NCBI GenBank assembly: GCA_013265495.1
Contig: MU062907.1
Coordinates: 1,740,861-1,804,860 of the forward strand
Length of the DNA stretch: 64,000 nucleotides
Reading direction: 5' to 3'
Origin: Vicugna vicugna
Taxonomy: Eukaryota
Positions 1 through 64,000 of this stretch are shown here, in pieces; the first letter of the stretch is position 1; the number at the start of each line of letters is the position of its first letter. Below the pieces are notes generated by a model. The model had not been told where the DNA came from. It did not search any database and saw only the letters and a program-made list of their open reading frames with translations. Both the position numbers and the translations under genes were made by a program.

Positions 1-2029
1 AGATGCTGACTGAGGGCATGCAGACAGGGAAACCTGGGGATTTAAGAGGCTGGCAGCTGGATGCTAGAAGTCTGGGAGGGCTGAGCCCAAATGCCCTATG
101 ATGTGCCCTATACCTTTGGCATCTTTTCCAACCCACAGCACCTTGCATCCTCTGTGCCCTGCCAGGGAAGCCACCATGTGACCTCAGGAGGGCCTCAGCC
201 CCAGAGCTCTAGAGCTAGGATGTCCAACTGCAGTCCTGGGGAGTGGGGAGACAGCGCTCCCACAAAGAGTGGGGGAGCAGGCCAGGCTCTCTGGCCAGAA
301 GGAGACCAAGCGGCATGCCATGGCCACTGCACAGGAGGTGACAGAGAGTAACCGTCGAAGAGGTGGACAAGTTGGGGTGGGCAATGGGAGGCCTCCAGTT
401 GAGGGATGGGGTCAGGGGGAGGGTCCAAGCTTCTGGCTGTTGCCCTAGGAGCTAGTTTTAAGGGTGAGAGGGGATCTAAGTTAGGAGGCAGAACTATGGG
501 CACTCACTGGCTGAACAAATGCTGGGTTTGGCTAACGGGAAGCAGGTGCCAGGCCAGGACCAGCTTGTCCGCCTTCAGGCACAAAAGCACAGTGGGGTCA
601 GTCCCGGAGGGTTTCCGGCAGGAAATGGATTTTGAACCTGATCCCAGAGGTGGAAGAGGTCAACGGGAGGCCGGCGGCAGAAGAAGGGGCAAGAGAGACA
701 TGCCCACCACATGTCTGCCACCCCACCTGGTGAGGGCCTCCCTGGCATGGGGAGCCCGCTTGCCATGCACCAGGCTGGCCCAAGCCTTTCCCCTCCTGCC
801 CCTGGCACGGCCCAGCGGCGTCTGTGCACTTAATGGAACCGTCTGGCTGTGATACCATCAGTTCCAAGCTCGGCAGAGAACCTCTCCCGGTTCCAGTAAG
901 GGAGAGAGGGCGCGTTCCGATAAATAAAACCGTATTAGAGAGCCAGCGAAAAAGCCCCTTTTGTTCCCGCCCCCTGTGCTTCCCAAAGCTTTATTTTTAT
1001 AAGCATGCGGGCCCCAGACCGAACGCGTTTACACAAAGATCACAATTGCGCATTGTGGCGGCCGTGCACGCCGTATTGGTGTTGGCAGCACCCCCCACGC
1101 CGGCCCCCGGAGTCGGCCGGCTCCTTCCAGCAGCCCCATCAGCGCAGGCAATGAGCTCAGCACGGGGGGAAGGGAGGGGGCGGCTTTCAAACAAAACTCA
1201 CCCAGACCCACACGCGCACCCCGCCCGCCCAGGGGAGGAAAAAACACACAACAAAGGCATTGTAAGGAGCAGGCCTGGAGGCCTGGGGGCTCAGACACTG
1301 AGCTACTGTGTGCTGGGGCCCAGCCTCTCCCCGCACAAGGCCCAGCCCCTCAGAAAAAGAGAAACAAGGGGGGTGGGGTGTTGCTGAAGCAAGGTGGTCA
1401 GATGAAGGGAAGCCAGACGGATGGACGCACGGACACATGTCTCTTCCAGGAAAGCCAAGAGGAGGGAGAGGTAGATCCCTGGGAGGTGGGGAGGAGCTGG
1501 GAGGGCCTGGCTCTTCCCAGGACCACTCCCGCAGGAGAGGGCCAGGATCAGCCCTCCAGCCTCACCTGCAGAGCCCGAGCCATACAGAGCACCTCCGGGG
1601 CTAAAGCTGGGCTGGAGCTCTCTGAGGACCACAGGCTGCCCTGGGAGCTCCACGCAAGGCTTCCATCAGACCCATCACCACGAGAGGCTCCGGGCAGGTG
1701 ACTGCTGGACCTGCAGCCTGGCGCCCGATCTCTGCTGCTCAGACTTCCCAGGAGCTCCAAGGAGACCCTTCTTCAGTCGCAATACACTAAGCTTCCCTCA
1801 TGCACCGTCCCATCAACAGCTCAGGCCACCAGGGGCAGGGCAGGCAGCATCATCCCACTTGTCAGAGGAGGGACCTTTGCAAAGACCAAGTCACCAGCCC
1901 ACGTTCACACGTGCGTGGGACCAGACTCCCTGACTCCAGGGCCAGTGATCCTTCTACACACCAAGCTCACAGGAAAAGGATCCTTAAGACAGGGTGGAGT
2001 AGACTGCTAGTAATCAAGGCAATGCGAAC

Positions 2030-2300
2030 CCAAAACTACAATACAGGAATATTTTTCTTATAAAATTAAGAAAAAATTAAACAATTTTATAAAACCCAGT
2101 GTTGGCAAATATTTGACGAAATAGGTACCCTCCTTTATTGCTGAAAGCAATTTGGCAACCCTTCAGGAAAGCAACTGGGCAGGATGCCCTGAAAAACAAA
2201 AAACTGTTTACACCCTGTTTCCCATATTCCTGGGAATCATCCAAATTAACCAAAAAGCTATATGAACAAAGATATTCACTCTGGCATTATTTGTAATCCT
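2030..2300 (+). mobile_element. Old L1M (L1ME-like) ORF2 3' fragment
   Basis: A-rich segment with L1M-like motifs (cccagtgttggc...caatttggca...aaagatattcac...gcattatttgtaat); boundaries approximate. Confidence 0.65.
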
Positions 2301-4277
2301 CACCCGTTCAATACACAGTTACTGACTGACCAGCGTGTGGGGAGTAAGCACAGCGCTGGGAATGTGAAGATGCATGAGACATGGTCTGGGCTCCTAAGAT
2401 CAGGTGGTTGGAAATGGTAACTAAACAACAGCTATGGTACCAAGCGATGCAAAACTTCACAGCGGAGGGTACTAGGCACCAGGGTGGGAGTACCCCATGG
2501 AGTCTGGAGGCATCCAGTCCGTCCTCCCAAAGGAGGTCTCCTACCCTGAGTCTCAAGAATAAGGAGGTAACCAAGGAAAAGGGGTGTCCAGGCACCCAGT
2601 GCAACACGGGCCAAGGCAGCCAAGAGCACTCGGGGAAAGGCTAGTCTGTCCGAGGCTGGGAAGGGAGCGCCCCCAGGCTGCAGGGACAGAGCGGGGAGGG
2701 GGAGCCGGGCTGATGGCAAACGGTCCTGGATTCATGCCAAGCAAGCTGGACCGAATCCTGCAGATCAGTGTTTCCCAAAACGCGTTCTTCGCAACACGGG
2801 TTCTCTGGGGAAGCAATGAACGCTTACCCAAGTCCAACAGGCCCCCTTGCTGCAGCCCCCTCAGAGCCTCTCTGAGCCACTGTGCATTGTAAATCCTGCA
2901 GATCGCTAAGTGCGCACTGTTCCCCACTCTCTCTCGCTCGGGAACCCTTTTTAAGTGGAGCGTTTCACAAGCCTCCAATGCACTTTGGAAAGCAGCCGCT
3001 TAAGCTCATCAGGAGAACTCCCCCAGCCAGAGCCAACCTTCACAGAAACCTCTGCTTCCACAGAGGCGGTGGGCCACGACCGGAGTCCAGACCAGGGAAG
3101 CCCGCAAGCAAAGACTCCCCAGCCTCACTCAGCGCAGAGTCTGGGTGACCTCACTGTGTCCTGGCCGGGCAGCAACCCGCCTCAGGACCACCCAACGAGC
3201 TCACGGCTTTGACCTCCCAGGAACCATGAGGCCAGCACAGAGGGCACAGGACCTTCTGCTTTCTTGGCAGATGGATACTCCACGCCCAGAGGTTGATAAC
3301 TGAGCCTTTGACCTACTTGCCTTCTCTCCCTTGCCTGGTTGGCCAAGTCAGGCCTCTGAGCCCACTGACCCGTGAGACCCTCAAAGAGGAGTCTCTGGGT
3401 GCCTGGAGCTCAGGGCCATCCCCTGGGATGCAAGCTGCCCCAAGGCTCCTCCATCTTGGTCCAGCGCTATAAGCATAAACACACCAGTGGTTCCCGGCTG
3501 GGGGAAGGGGCAAAGCAGACTTCCCCGGGGTACAGCTTGACATAGGAGACAGCTTCCTCCCCTGATCCTCTTTGAGGAATATTGGTCTGCAGTGAAGAGT
3601 AACAGCTCCGACAGCTGTCTGGAGACCCAGTGCTGCCCATTAGGTATGGCGTTGAGGACATGTGACTGCTGAGTTCTCTGGAACCCTATCTTTTCTGTTC
3701 AGGGCAGACCCAGTGTGTCCCCCAGGGACTCACCCAGCAGCGGCAACCCTATTCCAATGTAAGAGAAGTCCTTTGAATTAAGCGTTGGTTCACATTTTTC
3801 ATACCTAATCACTACACAGGCCACATGCACTCATAACCACACAAGCACAGGCCACACACACCCTTCCAGTGGCCCAGAGAATTGATGCTGGTCCTCCACT
3901 CAAACCCCATCCAAGGCCAAAGCCTCAGGCAACCTACATGGCACCATCTCCACAAGCCTCCCGTCCAGGCCGAGTTCAGTGTTATCCAACAAGTGCTTCC
4001 TGGGCCCCACACCCTCTGCCAAGGAGAAGGAAGGAGGCACAGCCCCGGCCCTGGAGCAGCCCCAAGGCCCACCACACAAAGGACAAGCAGAGAGCGTGGC
4101 CCGGGGCTATGGGAGCCCCCCACCGGGGGGAAAGCACAGACACCACAGGTCAGAGCACTCGCCAAGGGGAGCCCGCTGCGCCCCAGACGCCAGCAGGCAG
4201 GCTGGAAGATGATATGAGGGGCAGACTCTGGGCTGGACCCTCCCCTGGCCCCAAACGTTCCCGATTCACACAGGAGT

Positions 4278-4553
4278 NNNNNNNNNNNNNNNNNNNNNNN
4301 NNNNNNNNNNNNNNNNNNNNNNNNNNNNNNNNNNNNNNNNNNNNNNNNNNNNNNNNNNNNNNNNNNNNNNNNNNNNNNNNNNNNNNNNNNNNNNNNNNNN
4401 NNNNNNNNNNNNNNNNNNNNNNNNNNNNNNNNNNNNNNNNNNNNNNNNNNNNNNNNNNNNNNNNNNNNNNNNNNNNNNNNNNNNNNNNNNNNNNNNNNNN
4501 NNNNNNNNNNNNNNNNNNNNNNNNNNNNNNNNNNNNNNNNNNNNNNNNNNNNN
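4278..4553. other. Assembly gap (276 N), intron 32
   Basis: Run of N. Confidence 1.
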
Positions 4554-5214
4554 GGAAAGTGTGACGTCTCCTGCAGGCCAGCACCAGGCTGACCCTGCCT
4601 GCTGTACCCAGATGTGCGGGTCCCCGGGCGGCACTCCCTCTTGCAGGGTCATCCACCAGCAGGGAGGACAAGGGGCCCTCCACCTGTACCCCACTTCACC
4701 CCATCCCCACGCAGCCCCACCGCCTGCAGCCCCATCTCTCACATCCTCCCCTGAAGGAAGAGGAAGCAAAGTCATGAATTAGGGCACTTCTCTTTTCCTC
4801 AGGGTACGTTCTGATGGTCAGAAAGCATCCTGGCAAAGGTTCCCAGGAAGCTGCAGCTGCAGGTATCTGCATCCCCCAGCGCCCTGCCAATCCCTCTGTG
4901 CTGGTTTCGCACATGCGTTGTAGAGGGCGCTCTAGGCACCCTGGACCCCAAGCACAGAGGAGAAATTGCTCCACCCATCCCACGCCTGGCTGCATGGGGC
5001 TGGAGAAAGGTCACAGAGAGGAGAGGAAGGTGGGGAAGCACGGCTGCTGGGGAGAGAAACCAGAGTGGTCCCCCACGTGGGGGGAAGTGGGGCCGGGAAA
5101 GGACAGGTAGATGGCTGTGAGCTGCGCTCCATTCTGTGAACAGGAAGTCACTCTCCTAGAACTCAGTTCTACTCAACTAAGTAGCAAGCATTTGGAGGGG
5201 GGTCTGTCACTTGT

Positions 5215-5350
5215 CAGCTATTTTAACTTAAGCAATTTAGTTAACCTAGCTGAGCCTCAGTTTCTTCATCTGCAAAACGGGGATGTCAAGTGCCCACTTC
5301 ATAAGGGTTATATGAAATAACATCAGCAAAACACCTGGGCTCTTGGTGAG
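5215..5350 (+). mobile_element. MIR SINE fragment
   Basis: MIR core-like ctgagcctcagtttcttcatctgcaaaacgggg. Confidence 0.8.
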
Positions 5351-5429
5351 CCCTCAGTGTCAGTTTTTAGACATCAAGTGCTGTAGGCTAAGGGGTAACT
5401 CAAGGCCCCTTCCTGGGGGAGCTCAGAGT

Positions 5430-6240
5430 CATGCTGGGACGAACATGGCAGAGATAGGTGACAATCCATCTATGCAGTGGGTAAGGGCTCTGAGAAAGGT
5501 GTTGGCGAGGTCTTGGCCAAGTCCTGGGGAAGGAACAACCAGTGCGGCTTGGGGAAGAGTCAGAGGGCATCTGGGCTGGGTCTTGAAGGATGAGTAGGAG
5601 TTCACTGGATTAAAAATACAGAGGGAATGCATTCTAGGCAGAGAGAACACTGAGTGCAAAGGCCAGAAATGTAGAGGAACTAGATAAACATTGACAGAAG
5701 TGGGTGGAGCCAGAGCTAGCAGATAGAGAAGAATTAGGGTAAGATAAAACTGGTGAGGTCCACAGGGGTCAGATCACAGAGGAGATGCCTGCCAGGCTAA
5801 AGAGCTGGGGATCCATCTGTCAGTGTCTATGTTTGAAATCAGGGCGTGACGTGACCAGATCTGTCAGGGGCAGCGCGGAAGGTCACAGGGAGGCCAGGAG
5901 ACGACCAGGGTGTTGAGACAAAAGAGGCAAGGCCAGTGCGGGACGGCAGCTGTGCTGCTGAAGAGAAGGGAATCACCTCCGAGAGAGACTCAGGAGCAGA
6001 ATCAACAGAGCTGGGCACCTGACTGTTCCCACCCTGACAGGTAAGAGAGGTGTGTGGATGTGACACCAGCACCGAGGTAGCAAATGAAGGGGAGGCCTGG
6101 ATCTGGGTGGGGGCAGTGGTTACACGGAATTCAGCTTGGACAGGATGGACTAAGGTGCCTCTGAGGCTTTCGGGGGGAAACACCTAAAGCGTGGCTGGAC
6201 ATGAGGGGCTCCGAGGAACTAAAGGCCTGGAAGCTTCCCT
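5430..6240 (-). mobile_element. L2 LINE fragment(s)
   Basis: Reverse-strand L2-like motifs (ctgggtcttgaaggatgagtaggagtt...gcattctaggcagagagaac...gcaaaggcc); boundaries approximate. Confidence 0.6.
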
Positions 6241-6633
6241 GACGTGAGTGTTTACTGGGTTGGTGGGGGGACCCCGGTGCCCAGAGAAGAGAACACGCAC
6301 AGAACTCTTGGGACCATCAGGCTTAGAGGGCAGTGAAGCATCCGAAAAGGAGCAAGTGGGGCAACAGGAGGCTGCAGGAGACCGGGGTGGGGGCTGGTCC
6401 CGGGACAGGGCCAGAGGGGCTTTCAGGAGCAGGGGATGGATGGTCAGGAAAGCCAAACCCTGCAGAGGGGTCAAGCAGGCCACCTGACAACCAGGAGGCC
6501 ACCGCGACCCTGACAGCAGCACCCACCTCCACAAACCCAGCAAACACAGCACCCCTCACCCCCGCCACGGGAGGAGCCCGGGCCGCGTTCCCTGTGGTCG
6601 GAAGGCCGATGATGACTCCACGCCCAGGTCTCA

Positions 6634-62781
<56,148 letters not shown>

Positions 62782-63228
62782 CTGAGGAGAAGAACATGCT
62801 GGTCATGGTCCGCCTGCTCCCCCACCTTCAAAACCCCCACTTCCTACCAGTCTGCCTCCCAGCAGGCCCGAGCCTCCCTGTGAGAGATGCCATGGTCCCC
62901 TCAGCCCAGGGCTCCCTGGAGGGAGGAGCAGAATAGCAGCTCCTGAGGGCACTCCTCTGCTTCCCTGCTCAAGCTTCAAGCAGCTGGTTCACTGCTCCCT
63001 ACCCTCGCCCCTACCTGGCTCTCAAAGACTTTCAGAACAGGTCCGATTGATTGACTGATTAGAAATCTACATTGCTAAGGGCAGTAAACAATCCAGAAAA
63101 AGACTGGAAGTTGTTATAATAATATCCCATTATTGGTGCCTGTTGGACATTTTCCTTTATATCCGTTAGCACAGAAATTTTCCTGAGGTTAATCAATGAG
63201 TCAATTCTGTTAAAAAAAAAAAAAAGTA

Positions 63229-63390
63229 GGCGGAGGGTATAGTTCAAAGTGGTAGAGCACATTCTTAGCATGCATGAGGTCCTGGGTTCAATCCTCACTA
63301 CCTCCATTAAAAAATAATAATTAAATAAAATTAAACCTAATTACTTCCCCCCAAAAGAAACTTTAAGAAAATAGTGTTTAAAAAAAAGAA
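63229..63390 (+). mobile_element. Vic-1-type SINE
   Basis: ggagggtatagttcaaagtggtagagcacattcttagcatgcatgaggtcctgggttcaatcctcactacctcc plus tail aaacctaattacttcccccc. Confidence 0.9.
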
Positions 63391-64000
63391 TATGTAATCT
63401 AGGCTGCTCCAAACCAGTATTTTACTGAATTAGCCATATTATTTGCGTGTGTATTTACATATGATTGCTAGATGTGTGCGTGCATGTATGCGTGTCTATG
63501 TATGTTATATATAAATGCACATATGCATATGAATGAGAGGGAGAGGAGGGGATGGGTAAAGATTATATACTAGCCAATGTCTACATGAATACAACAGATA
63601 ACAATTAGCGAATATTTCTGTTCTATTTACCCACCTATTTTTGTTGTATTTATATTGAAAGAACATTGCAGAGAATTCAAAGCAAACATTTCATTTCTAT
63701 TTCCCCAGCCCCCTTTGGAAGCTCACCAGCCTCCCTTCTGCATAGTTTCAAGCAACAAATGCAGAATGTTCTTAAGCCTGTATTTTAATGCCCATCTAAA
63801 ACCCATTACTTATCTAAAGGCTTTCCCCAGGATTTTGGTTCAATTAAGCTTGTACAGAAGGAGCCCATTTATATGGCTCAGATAGTCAAAGCGGAAATCC
63901 TGAAACAATTAGCTTCATGCAAAACTTGTAAACAGGGACCCAAATAGTCCCGGACTATTCGTTTTCACTGACTCTACTATGGACAGCAACTGCCTTAATT

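Noticed and set aside
4278-4553. Exon 33 hidden in the 276-N gap
   Set aside because: No acceptor or donor context at the gap edges, and exon 34 is absent from 1-4277, so exon 33 most likely lies beyond the window. The other gaps do not interrupt the continuous frame.

Overview
Mammalian genomic DNA, most likely camelid, inferred from four Vic-1-type tRNA-derived SINEs. It covers the middle of the dysferlin gene (DYSF) on the minus strand. I mapped 20 consecutive coding exons (human-numbered 13-32; 2340 nt; about residues 394-1174: C2C, C2-FerA region, FerA, FerB, nested DysF, start of the next C2 domain). All have GT-AG boundaries, join in one open frame, and match the human exon sizes as I recall them. 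The rest is intron with old repeats (MIR, L2, L1M, MER3/5A/20/58A/63/82), younger Vic-1 and L1 insertions, a CpG-island-like segment, two strong CTCF motifs and four assembly gaps. The top lead is an apparently unannotated frame-preserving 9-nt microexon candidate in intron 16, just upstream of the known cassette exon 17. Other leads: a stop-free 84-nt intron 25, an inverted Vic-1 pair, the intron-13 CpG island, and motif-dense non-coding segments. None of these is demonstrated. All calls are by eye, with no database search; human comparisons and repeat-family names come from memory, and repeat boundaries are approximate.
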